Shown one piece after another: positions 1 through 6,985 of a stretch of 64,000 nt of DNA. Every line of letters starts with the position of its first letter. Positions within the stretch are counted from its first letter, which is position 1. The notes beneath the pieces are model-generated. The model had not been told where the DNA came from, ran no database searches, and was given only the letters and a program-made list of their open reading frames with translations. Source of the DNA: Desulfuromonadales bacterium (GTDB taxonomy: Bacteria; Desulfobacterota; Desulfuromonadia; Desulfuromonadales; Syntrophotaleaceae). The DNA lies in NCBI GenBank assembly GCA_013619105.1, contig JABXKU010000001.1, positions 26,996 through 90,995 of the forward strand, given 5' to 3'. The position numbers were made by a program, and so were the translations under genes.

Positions 1-5
1 CCTTG

Positions 6-350
6 ATGCTTATTGCTGTTGCTACCAGTGACCAAAGGAACGTTGACCTTCATTTTGGAAAGGCCTCTGTTTTTGCTCTTTTCGAGATTGACGCTGGGTC
101 GACTCGTCTGGTGAAAGAGGTGGCCGTAGCGCAATATTGCTCCAGCGATCCCAATCACACTTTTCATAAGAAGCGTTTTTCCGCCATTGCCGAGGCTTTG
201 AGCGGCTGTCGAGCCGTGGTCTGTGAGCAGATCGGTGATCTGCCGCGTATGGCCCTGGCCGAGGTGGGCATTCAGGCCTTTACCGCTCAAGGGGCGGTGG
301 ACGATGCGCTGAACAAGGCTTTTGTGCTGCTCTCCGCGGGGGGATGTTGA
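6..350 (+). CDS. stand-alone NifX/NifB-C-terminal family (FeMo-cofactor-binding) protein
   Basis: From ORF 3..350. The N-terminus MLIAVATSD..VDLHFGKA..F.LFEI and the ~114-aa size fit the dinitrogenase FeMo-cofactor biosynthesis family. ATG at 6 is preferred; the RBS would lie off-window, so the 5' end is uncertain. A hairpin plus T7 follows. Confidence 0.7.
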   Translation: MLIAVATSDQRNVDLHFGKASVFALFEIDAGSTRLVKEVAVAQYCSSDPNHTFHKKRFSAIAEALSGCRAVVCEQIGDLPRMALAEVGIQAFTAQGAVDDALNKAFVLLSAGGC

Positions 351-403
351 CGGGCCTCACCAGGAGGGGCTTGGCCGGTGCGTAAAAAAAGACCTTCCGG
401 ATC

Positions 404-420
404 TGCAATTGCCAATGGCA
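404..420. promoter_or_regulatory. candidate enhancer-binding-protein dyad (TGC-N11-GCA) upstream of the nifB promoter
   Basis: TGCAATTGCCAATGGCA is an imperfect palindrome (14 of 17 positions self-complementary). It is centred about 64 bp upstream of the -24 GG and has the same outer TGC..GCA frame as NtrC-type sites. Confidence 0.3.
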
Positions 421-421
421 T

Positions 422-462
422 GGGCAGGCGGACCTCAAAAAGAGGCTGCCTGCCCTTTTTTT
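422..462 (+). terminator. intrinsic terminator after the nifX-like gene
   Basis: Stem GGGCAGGC (422-429) pairs with GCCTGCCC (448-455), followed by TTTTTTT (456-462). Confidence 0.7.
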
Positions 463-473
463 ACTGGTTTTTG

Positions 474-490
474 CTGGCACGGGCTATGCA
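474..490 (+). promoter_or_regulatory. sigma-54 (-24/-12) promoter of nifB
   Basis: CTGGCACGGGCTATGCA differs from the consensus YTGGCACGrNNNTTGCW at one position. GG is at 476-477 and GC at 488-489, giving GG-N10-GC. Confidence 0.7.
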
Positions 491-550
491 CTAAATACTA
501 TCAACAACAGGCGTCAGGCAAATTTCGAAAAAGTTTCGCTCCTTTCCATA

Positions 551-585
551 GGGTTGGAGGTTTTTCAGGCTCCAACCCACTTTTT
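551..585 (+). terminator. leader hairpin plus T-run 1 (attenuator-like) in the nifB 5' UTR
   Basis: GGGTTGGAG (551-559) pairs with CTCCAACCC (570-578) across a 10-nt loop, followed by ACTTTTT. Confidence 0.5.
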
Positions 586-661
586 CGAAGCATAAAGACA
601 AGCTGAACGCTACTTAGTGACTGACAGGCACAACGGAGTGCTGCGAAGAATAATGGCAATG

Positions 662-702
662 AAGCCCCACAGGGATATCCCTGGGGGGCTTTTCTGTTTT
701 TT
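662..702 (+). terminator. leader hairpin plus T-run 2 (attenuator-like), just upstream of the nifB RBS
   Basis: AAGCCCC-A-CAGGGA TA TCCCTG-G-GGGGCTT (662-691) is followed by TTCTGTTTTTT. The RBS AAGGAG lies at 713-718. Confidence 0.6.
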
Positions 703-725
703 AGCCTCAACAAAGGAGTACAACC

Positions 726-1640
726 ATGTCAGCAAGCAGTTGCTCCCATTCCAGCAATCAGGCAGGTCATCCCAACAATCAGTCAGGCCATCCCTGCTTT
801 GGCGGAGATCATAAGAAGGCTGGCCGCATTCACTTGCCCGTAGCACCTGGCTGCAATATCAAGTGCGGTTTTTGCGAGCGCAAATTCGACTGCGCCAACG
901 AAAATCGCCCTGGCGTCACCAGCCGGGTGCTGTCACCGAGCGAAGCCCTTGATCGACTACGGCTGGTCATGTCCCACCCGATCGGCGGCAAAAACATGCG
1001 GGTGGTGGGGATCGCCGGTCCTGGCGATCCTCTGGCCAACGAGAATACTTTGGAAACTTTTCGTCTGGTGAAAAAACATTTTCCCCAGCTGATGCTTTGC
1101 CTATCTACCAACGGTATGTTGTTGCCGGGGCGCATCGACGAACTCAAGGAATTGGGAGTGCATAGCGTTACGGTAACAATGAATGCCCTGACACCGGAAG
1201 TGGGCGCCAAGGTCTACGAGTGGGTGCGAGCCGATGGTCAACGCCTGACCGGTGAAGCTGGAGCGGAAATCCTTCTCGAACGGCAGATGACCGGCGTCGA
1301 AGCGGCTGTGGCTGCGGGTATGTTGGTCAAGGTCAATTCCGTTTATATCCCCGGCGTCAACGATCACGAAACCTTACCTTTGGCGGTAGCCGCCCGCAAG
1401 CTCGGCGCCAGCATGATGAACATTGTACCGCTGATTCCCCAGGGTATCTTCCACGACCGGGAGCGACCTTCGGATCTGGTCATGGAGTTGGTGCGCAATC
1501 AGGCGGAATCGATTCTGGCCCAGGCTCGCCACTGCGGTCAGTGCCGCGCCGATGCTGCTGGTCTTATCGGCCAAGACCTCGATCTGTGTTCGCTGAAGGC
1601 GCCAGCTGAGGTTTCCGCTAAGCTTCGCTGTTCCGGTTAA
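726..1640 (+). CDS. nifB: FeMo-cofactor biosynthesis radical-SAM protein NifB (short form, no NifX-like C-terminal domain)
   Basis: HPCF..., the radical-SAM motif CNIKCGFCERKFDC and ANENRPGV are all present. AAGGAG lies 7 nt upstream of the ATG. Length is 304 aa. Confidence 0.92.
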   Translation: MSASSCSHSSNQAGHPNNQSGHPCFGGDHKKAGRIHLPVAPGCNIKCGFCERKFDCANENRPGVTSRVLSPSEALDRLRLVMSHPIGGKNMRVVGIAGPGDPLANENTLETFRLVKKHFPQLMLCLSTNGMLLPGRIDELKELGVHSVTVTMNALTPEVGAKVYEWVRADGQRLTGEAGAEILLERQMTGVEAAVAAGMLVKVNSVYIPGVNDHETLPLAVAARKLGASMMNIVPLIPQGIFHDRERPSDLVMELVRNQAESILAQARHCGQCRADAAGLIGQDLDLCSLKAPAEVSAKLRCSG

Positions 1641-1749
1641 GCGCAGTGTCCCTTAAGTTTCAGTTGTCCATCTCGAATCTTATACCGCAGGCTGAATTGG
1701 TTTTGCAGCCTGCGATCCAGTTTGTCCATTGTCCCTTCAGGTGAAAAGC

Positions 1750-2805
1750 ATGCAACTCGATGTCGATCTTAATCTGCGGCTTGGTTCTTTTGAGTTCGCC
1801 GCCGCCTTCTCTGTGCAGGGGCGCCGCACTGGGATCTTTGGTCCGTCCGGTAGCGGCAAGTCGACTCTGGTTAACTTGCTGGCCGGATTGTTGCCGCCCG
1901 ATGTGGGATCGATCTGTCTGGATGGAAGGACCTTGCACGATAGTCGCAGCAAAATCAGCCTGCCGCCAGAACAGCGGCGGGTGGCGGTGGTGTTTCAGCA
2001 CGCGCATCTTTTTCCCCATCTCAATGTGCGGCGCAATCTGCTCTATGGTTATCGTCGTTCTTCCCCAAAACGCCGCAAGCTGGCTCTGGCTGATGTTGTC
2101 AGTGCCCTGGGTATCGAACCTCTGTTGTCGCGCAGCGTGGCGGCCCTCTCTGGCGGCGAGCGGCAACGAATTGCCCTGGGGAGGGCCCTGCTGGCCGCCC
2201 CCGACCTGTTGATCTTGGACGAACCGTTAAGTGCTCTGGATTACGGCCTCAAAGAACAGATCATTCCTTTTTTACGCAAGACCCTGCGCCGGTTTGACAT
2301 CCCCTATCTCTACATCTCTCATTCCCTCAGCGAGATGCGGTTGCTTACGGATCAAGTGCTGATATTCCAAAATGGTCGCCTCCAGGCCATAACAGATGCC
2401 GAGACCATGGCCCGTGAGCGCCTGGCCCATTGTGAGTCGGGCTATCTCAATCATCTGCAACTCGGTCCTTCTCGAGAGGTTGGCGACCTGCTGGCCTATC
2501 GTTGGGGAGCTACCGAGCTGATCGTGTCGGGTAAAGAATCGAGCGGTCCTGGCCTGTTCGGTCTGGCCAGCAAGGACATTCTGCTGTTTAAGCGCCATCC
2601 GCAGGCGCTTTCGTCGCGCAACCTGCTGGAGGCGACCCTGGTCGAACTGACCCCTTGCGGCAATGGTGTGGGTGTGGTGCTCGATTGCGGGGGGCAGCGT
2701 TTGGTGGCCCAGGTGGTACGGGAAGCCGCTGCGGAGTTGGAGCTAAAGGAAGGGTCCAAGGTGTTTGCCGCGATCAAGGCGGTGGCTTTTCGGCGGCTAC
2801 TTTAA
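1750..2805 (+). CDS. modC: molybdate ABC transporter ATP-binding protein with a C-terminal TOBE-like domain
   Basis: Walker A GPSGSGKST, signature LSGGERQR and Walker B LLILDEP are present, with a ~120-aa C-terminal extension. ATG at 1750 is preferred because AGGTGA lies 5 nt upstream; the ORF track starts at 1729. Confidence 0.9.
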   Translation: MQLDVDLNLRLGSFEFAAAFSVQGRRTGIFGPSGSGKSTLVNLLAGLLPPDVGSICLDGRTLHDSRSKISLPPEQRRVAVVFQHAHLFPHLNVRRNLLYGYRRSSPKRRKLALADVVSALGIEPLLSRSVAALSGGERQRIALGRALLAAPDLLILDEPLSALDYGLKEQIIPFLRKTLRRFDIPYLYISHSLSEMRLLTDQVLIFQNGRLQAITDAETMARERLAHCESGYLNHLQLGPSREVGDLLAYRWGATELIVSGKESSGPGLFGLASKDILLFKRHPQALSSRNLLEATLVELTPCGNGVGVVLDCGGQRLVAQVVREAAAELELKEGSKVFAAIKAVAFRRLL

Positions 2806-2845
2806 AAAAATGCCTTTTTTAGTACTAGCCCAAAGGAGTTTGAAT

Positions 2846-3610
2846 ATGAAAACTCATAAGAAAATAGTCCGTACTCTGTTTGGTCTATCTTTGCTACTCC
2901 TGTTCCCTTGTATGCTGTGGGCGGGCGAACTGCGCCTTTCCGTTGCTGCCAGTATGACCGGCGTGATGAGCGAGGTAGGGGCAGCCTTTGTTGAGAAACA
3001 TCCGCAGGCTCGGTTGGTGCCTAATTTCGCCTCCTCAGGATCGTTAGCTAAGCAGCTTGTCGCTGGAGCTCCTGCCGATATTTACATTTCCGCTAATCCC
3101 AAGTGGATGGACTATGTGGTTGAGCGAGGCATTGTCCCTGCGGCTAAGGTGACGACCCTGGCCCACAATCGGTTGGTGTTGGTAGGTTTCACTACGGTGT
3201 CGATTAAAGAGCTACAGGATCTATCTGAGTTGCCTCGCATCGCACTTTGCAGCCCGCAGAGCTCTCCAGCTGGGCGCTATGCTCAGCAGGCTCTGGATAA
3301 GATCGGTCTCTATCAGCTGCTGCTGGCAGACGGCAAGCTGATTATGGCTAAGGATGTACGCCAAGCGTTGCTTTATGCCGATCGCGGTGAGGTCGATGCC
3401 GCCTTCGTCTATGCTACCGATGCTCTATTGGCCAGTCAGGCAAAAATACTGCTGGAGGTACCTCAGGAGCTCTATCCACGTGTCACGTATCCCATGGGCC
3501 TGACGGTAGCCGGTGCGGATAAGGAAGAGGCGAAGGTGTTTATAAAATTTCTGCACAGTGAGGCTGCCAAGGAGATTTTTCAGCGACATGGTTTTGTGAC
3601 GGTGGAATAG
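2846..3610 (+). CDS. modA: molybdate-binding periplasmic protein
   Basis: A signal peptide (MKTHKKIVRTLFGLSLLLLFPCMLWA) is followed by ModA-type motifs (AAS.., FASSG.LAKQ, ISAN). AAAGGAG lies upstream of the ATG at 2846. Confidence 0.9.
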   Translation: MKTHKKIVRTLFGLSLLLLFPCMLWAGELRLSVAASMTGVMSEVGAAFVEKHPQARLVPNFASSGSLAKQLVAGAPADIYISANPKWMDYVVERGIVPAAKVTTLAHNRLVLVGFTTVSIKELQDLSELPRIALCSPQSSPAGRYAQQALDKIGLYQLLLADGKLIMAKDVRQALLYADRGEVDAAFVYATDALLASQAKILLEVPQELYPRVTYPMGLTVAGADKEEAKVFIKFLHSEAAKEIFQRHGFVTVE

Positions 3611-3656
3611 GTTTTTAGATGAGACAGGCAAGAGTGATTAACGTCAACTTCGCCGG

Positions 3657-4120
3657 TCCCGGCCGGCAGCCGGGTTACTTTCTTTGCTGGACCCAAAGAA
3701 AGTAACCAAAGCAAGGGCCTGGCTGTCGCCGGACTTCTGTCGCGGAAGTTGTAGCGTCTATCTCCCTGCGTAGAGCTCTAAGAAGCGAAGCCGCTTTGTC
3801 AGCAACTCACCTGCCATTGGATCAGCTTGCAGGCGTGGGACGACAGGAGGTGGAGCAACGGAATTGCAAACGCGTTGTTGGTTTTAAACCCAACAGCAAC
3901 TTCGTTCACTTTGTGCAAGAGAGGTGGTCTGCGAGTTTTAGCAACCAATTGTAGGAAGAGGGGCCGCCCAAAGAAATTGCCATCGCTGTGAGATGACTCA
4001 AGGGATCTTAGCCTTCTCCTTACCTGCGAGACAGCATGCTCCACGCAGTGGCAGCCATTTTTTGCCTACTTTTTGTTGGCTTGGACAAAAAGTAGGGCGT
4101 CTGGCGGGACGCGACCCGCC
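3657..4120. other. palindrome-bounded intergenic element between modA and modB; possibly a MITE or IS200/IS605-like relic, or a structured RNA
   Basis: Left end: GC hairpin CCCGGC/GCCGGG (3657-3673) abuts AT-rich hairpin GGTTACTTTCTTT/AAAGAAAGTAACC (3673-3707). Right end is the mirror image: AT-rich hairpin CCTACTTTTTGT/ACAAAAAGTAGG (4065-4096), then GC hairpin GGCGGG/CCCGCC (4103-4120). The interior holds no convincing ORF. Confidence 0.35.
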
Positions 4121-4197
4121 GGTTCTGATCTTAAAACTAAACAGCCACCCTCAAATCTGTCCGCCAACGCAGTGCAACAAAAAGGAACCTCGTAACC

Positions 4198-4905
4198 ATG
4201 TTGGAACTATCCCCCAGTGATTATCAAGCCCTGTGGCTGTCGGCCCGAGTCGCCACGGTAGCCACCCTGGTCGCCCTGCCGGTCGGCTTCGGCCTGGCCT
4301 GGTTGCTGGTGTTCAGCCGCCTGCCGGGCAAGCCCCTGCTCGACGGACTGATTAACCTGCCGCTGGTGCTGCCGCCGGTAGTGGTCGGTTATCTGTTGCT
4401 GTTGCTCCTCGGCCGTCAGGGCTGGCTCGGTGGCCTTCTGGATCAAATGGGGATTCAGATCGTCTTTACCTGGAAGGCTGCGGTGGTCGCCTCCGCTTTG
4501 ATCGGCCTGCCGCTGATGGTGCGGGCTATTCGGCTGGGCATGGAACAGATCGATCCCCATCTACTGCATGCCTCCCGTACCTTGGGTGCGACCTGGCACG
4601 ACACCCTGCTGACCATCGTATTGCCCCTGTCCTTGCCGTCGATGCTAGCGGGGGCGACTCTGGCTTTTGCCCGCAGCCTTGGCGAATTTGGCGCCACCAT
4701 TATTTTGGCCGGTAACATCCCCGGCGTGACCCAGACCATCCCTTTGGCGATCTACGATTATTCCAATTCACCGGGAGGCGAGACGCGGGCCTTGACCCTA
4801 TGCCTGGTGTCTATCGCCCTGTCCTATGTGGTGCTGCTGTTCAGCGAGATGACCTTGCGCCGCTTTGGTTATGGTCGGGCGGGTACGAGTTGTTCCCGGC
4901 AGTGA
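4198..4905 (+). CDS. modB: molybdate ABC transporter permease
   Basis: The N-terminus MLELSPSDYQALWLSARVA and multiple TM segments are present. It also carries an EAA-like loop (ARSLGEFGATIILAGNIPG) typical of ModB/CysTW permeases. Confidence 0.9.
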   Translation: MLELSPSDYQALWLSARVATVATLVALPVGFGLAWLLVFSRLPGKPLLDGLINLPLVLPPVVVGYLLLLLLGRQGWLGGLLDQMGIQIVFTWKAAVVASALIGLPLMVRAIRLGMEQIDPHLLHASRTLGATWHDTLLTIVLPLSLPSMLAGATLAFARSLGEFGATIILAGNIPGVTQTIPLAIYDYSNSPGGETRALTLCLVSIALSYVVLLFSEMTLRRFGYGRAGTSCSRQ

Positions 4906-4963
4906 TTCTTCCTCTACCGCTGGTCAACCATGGTCTCTTGTTGCTTAGCTTGACAGACACGAC

Positions 4964-5011
4964 TGCCTTGAGTGAGTGCATTCAATGAGCCGAATGCTTA
5001 AATTTGCAGCA
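4964..5011. promoter_or_regulatory. two candidate TGC-N11-GCA dyads upstream of the nifV promoter
   Basis: TGCCTTGAGTGAGTGCA (4964-4980) and TGCTTAAATTTGCAGCA (4995-5011). Their centres are 31 bp apart, and the proximal centre lies about 61 bp upstream of the -24 GG. Confidence 0.35.
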
Positions 5012-5061
5012 GAGAAATGGTTTGTTTTTAAATAGCTGATAGTAAATGCGGGGATTTTCTT

Positions 5062-5078
5062 CTGGTACGAGAATTGCT
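5062..5078 (+). promoter_or_regulatory. sigma-54 (-24/-12) promoter of nifV
   Basis: CTGGTACGAGAATTGCT differs from the consensus YTGGCACGrNNNTTGCW at one position. GG is at 5064-5065 and GC at 5076-5077. Confidence 0.7.
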
Positions 5079-5145
5079 CAATCAGAAACTAGGGTTAAAC
5101 GAAATTTCCAGTAACCGCAATGGCGCGGTGAATCGGGCAATGCAG

Positions 5146-5176
5146 CCCCGGGGTTGTTGAGACTGCCGGGGTTTTT
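5146..5176 (+). terminator. weak leader hairpin plus T-run in the nifV 5' UTR
   Basis: CCCCGG (5146-5151) pairs with CCGGGG (5166-5171), followed by TTTTT (5172-5176). It lies about 30 nt before the nifV ATG. Confidence 0.35.
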
Positions 5177-5204
5177 ACGTTTATTCGCAGGTCGATTGAG
5201 GTGA

Positions 5205-6347
5205 ATGATGAACGAAGATAAGTTGCCGAGCGTCGTCATTGACGATACCACCCTGCGCGACGGTGAACAGACCGCCGGGGTGGTCTTCACGCTGGAGGAA
5301 AAAAAGACCATCGCCCGCACCCTCGACGAGATGGGGGTGCATGAATTGGAGTGCGGCATTCCCGCCATGGGCCAGGAAGAGCAGGCGGCGGTGCGAGCCC
5401 TGGTAGAGATGGATCTTAACGCCCGGCTCATCACCTGGAATCGGGCGCTGACCTCCGATCTGCAAGCGTCTTTGGCCTGCGGCGTTCAGGCCGTCGATAT
5501 CTCTCTGTGCGTCTCGGATATCCATATTCAACAAAAGCTGCGCAAGGATCGCCACTGGGTTCGGGAACAGCTCAAAACGGCTCTCGGTTTCGCCAAGGAG
5601 CACGATCTTTACGTATCGGTCGGCGGCGAAGATTCGAGTCGGGCCGATAGCGATTTTCTGCTTGAGCTGATGGAGATCGCTCATGACATGGGGGCCGACC
5701 GTTTCCGCTTTTGCGACACCCTAGGCCTGCTCGATCCCTTCACCACCTTCGACAAGGTGGGCTATCTGGTACAGCACTCCGAACTGCCCATCGAGGTGCA
5801 CACTCACAACGACCTCGGCATGGCCACCGCTAACGCCATCGCCGGCATCAAGGCCGGCGCTCGTTTCGTCAATACCACCGTCAATGGCCTGGGCGAGCGG
5901 GCCGGTAACGCCGCCCTAGAAGAGGTGGTCATGGCCCTTAAGCACGCCTGTGGCGTCGACTGCGCCATCGACAGCAGCCGCTTCGTCGAGATCTCTCGCT
6001 ACGTTGGCCAGGCCAGCTGCCGGCCGGTGCCCGAGTGGAAGGCCATCGTCGGCGAAAAGGTTTTTTCTCACGAATCGGGGCTGCACGTCGACGGGGTACT
6101 GAAGAATCCACGCAACTACGAAGTCTTCGATCCGCAGGAGGTGGGCTTATCCCGCTACCTGGTACTGGGCAAGCACTCCGGCACCCGAGCTCTTATCGCC
6201 CGCATTCGCCAGCTCGGTATCGAGCCGGAAGAATTAGCCTTGCCGGTCTTGCTGGATCAGGTACGTCAGCGCTCCCAGCTCTGCAAGAGTCCCATCGGCG
6301 ACGGGGAACTGCTTAGCCTTTGCCAAGATCTACCCAAGGTGGCCTGA
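5205..6347 (+). CDS. nifV: homocitrate synthase
   Basis: IDDTTLRDGEQ, HTHND and GLGERAGNA motifs of the HMGL-like/LeuA family are present. The 380-aa short form without a regulatory domain, and the nif context, fit NifV. GAGGTGA is the RBS. Confidence 0.85.
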   Translation: MMNEDKLPSVVIDDTTLRDGEQTAGVVFTLEEKKTIARTLDEMGVHELECGIPAMGQEEQAAVRALVEMDLNARLITWNRALTSDLQASLACGVQAVDISLCVSDIHIQQKLRKDRHWVREQLKTALGFAKEHDLYVSVGGEDSSRADSDFLLELMEIAHDMGADRFRFCDTLGLLDPFTTFDKVGYLVQHSELPIEVHTHNDLGMATANAIAGIKAGARFVNTTVNGLGERAGNAALEEVVMALKHACGVDCAIDSSRFVEISRYVGQASCRPVPEWKAIVGEKVFSHESGLHVDGVLKNPRNYEVFDPQEVGLSRYLVLGKHSGTRALIARIRQLGIEPEELALPVLLDQVRQRSQLCKSPIGDGELLSLCQDLPKVA

Positions 6348-6428
6348 CCTGAATTTGCCGGTCGTGTTAAAATAATCGTTACAGGGGGCCAGGGGCTACC
6401 CAGGTTCCCAAAACGAAAGGAGCAAAAC

Positions 6429-6944
6429 ATGAATCTTTTCAATTTTGCCCTGCAGATGGAACAGGACGCGACGGAGTTTTACCAGAAACAATCCCGTAGC
6501 GCCTCCGATATGAGATACAAGCGCTTATTTGCCGATCTGGCTTCCGACCATAAAGAACGATTAGGCTTTATTCAAAGCATGTCTTCAGTGGAAGAAACCA
6601 CCGAGGATTCATCCGATCAGGTCATGGCCGAAAATTGCAGTCCTTGGCGGATGGTCTCTGCCAAGAGTGCCGTGACAGACGAGAATGGAGGCGGCCTGGA
6701 ACAGGCCTATCGCGATGCTCTTGCACTGGAAACAGCAGAGGTTCAGTGCTTTCAAAATATGCTGGGGAAAACCCGTTCCGGAACAATGAAAAAGATATTG
6801 CAGATTATCGCTGAAGAAGAAAACCGACACGTTGAGAATTTTCAAAGTGTTTATGACTTTATCAATGCCCCTAATCAGTACCTTGCCACTAGTGAATTCA
6901 GTAATATGGAAGAGTTTCATCAGTTCGGTCGGGATGTGGACTGA
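6429..6944 (+). CDS. rubrerythrin/ferritin-like diiron-domain protein (no rubredoxin domain)
   Basis: N-terminal FALQMEQDATEFY and C-terminal IIAEEENRHVENF form paired E...ExxH-type helices. AAAGGAG is the RBS. Confidence 0.6.
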   Translation: MNLFNFALQMEQDATEFYQKQSRSASDMRYKRLFADLASDHKERLGFIQSMSSVEETTEDSSDQVMAENCSPWRMVSAKSAVTDENGGGLEQAYRDALALETAEVQCFQNMLGKTRSGTMKKILQIIAEEENRHVENFQSVYDFINAPNQYLATSEFSNMEEFHQFGRDVD

Positions 6945-6985
6945 GGGGGAATACTCTGAACTCCGGCCTTGACGGGTGAAAGTCG

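Noticed and set aside
627-642. Canonical ANTAR dual-hexaloop target in the nifB leader
   Set aside because: Only one hairpin has an A-x-x-G-type hexaloop (GGCAC-AACGGA-GTGCT), and I found no adjacent second hexaloop hairpin. ANTAR involvement is therefore kept as a hypothesis in the finding rather than called as a feature.
3611-4197. Molybdenum-cofactor (Moco) riboswitch in the long modA-modB gap
   Set aside because: The context is tempting, but I could not find the conserved Moco-motif core as I remember it. The segment just upstream of modB has only generic CCGCC...AAAGGA. The decisive test is cmscan with Rfam RF01055; a hit over 4100-4197 would overturn this rejection.
3799-4220. ORFs 3799-4044 (-) and 3993-4220 (+) inside the modA-modB element
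   Set aside because: They have no RBS and their composition is Arg/Leu/Ser-rich. One overlaps the modB start, and no motifs are present. I treat them as non-coding interior of the element.
4593-4610. TGGCAC inside modB as a sigma-54 promoter; likewise TGGCAC at ~28446 and TGGCAG at ~42984
   Set aside because: The -12 GC is not at GG+10 spacing in any of them, and the first two are internal to coding sequence.
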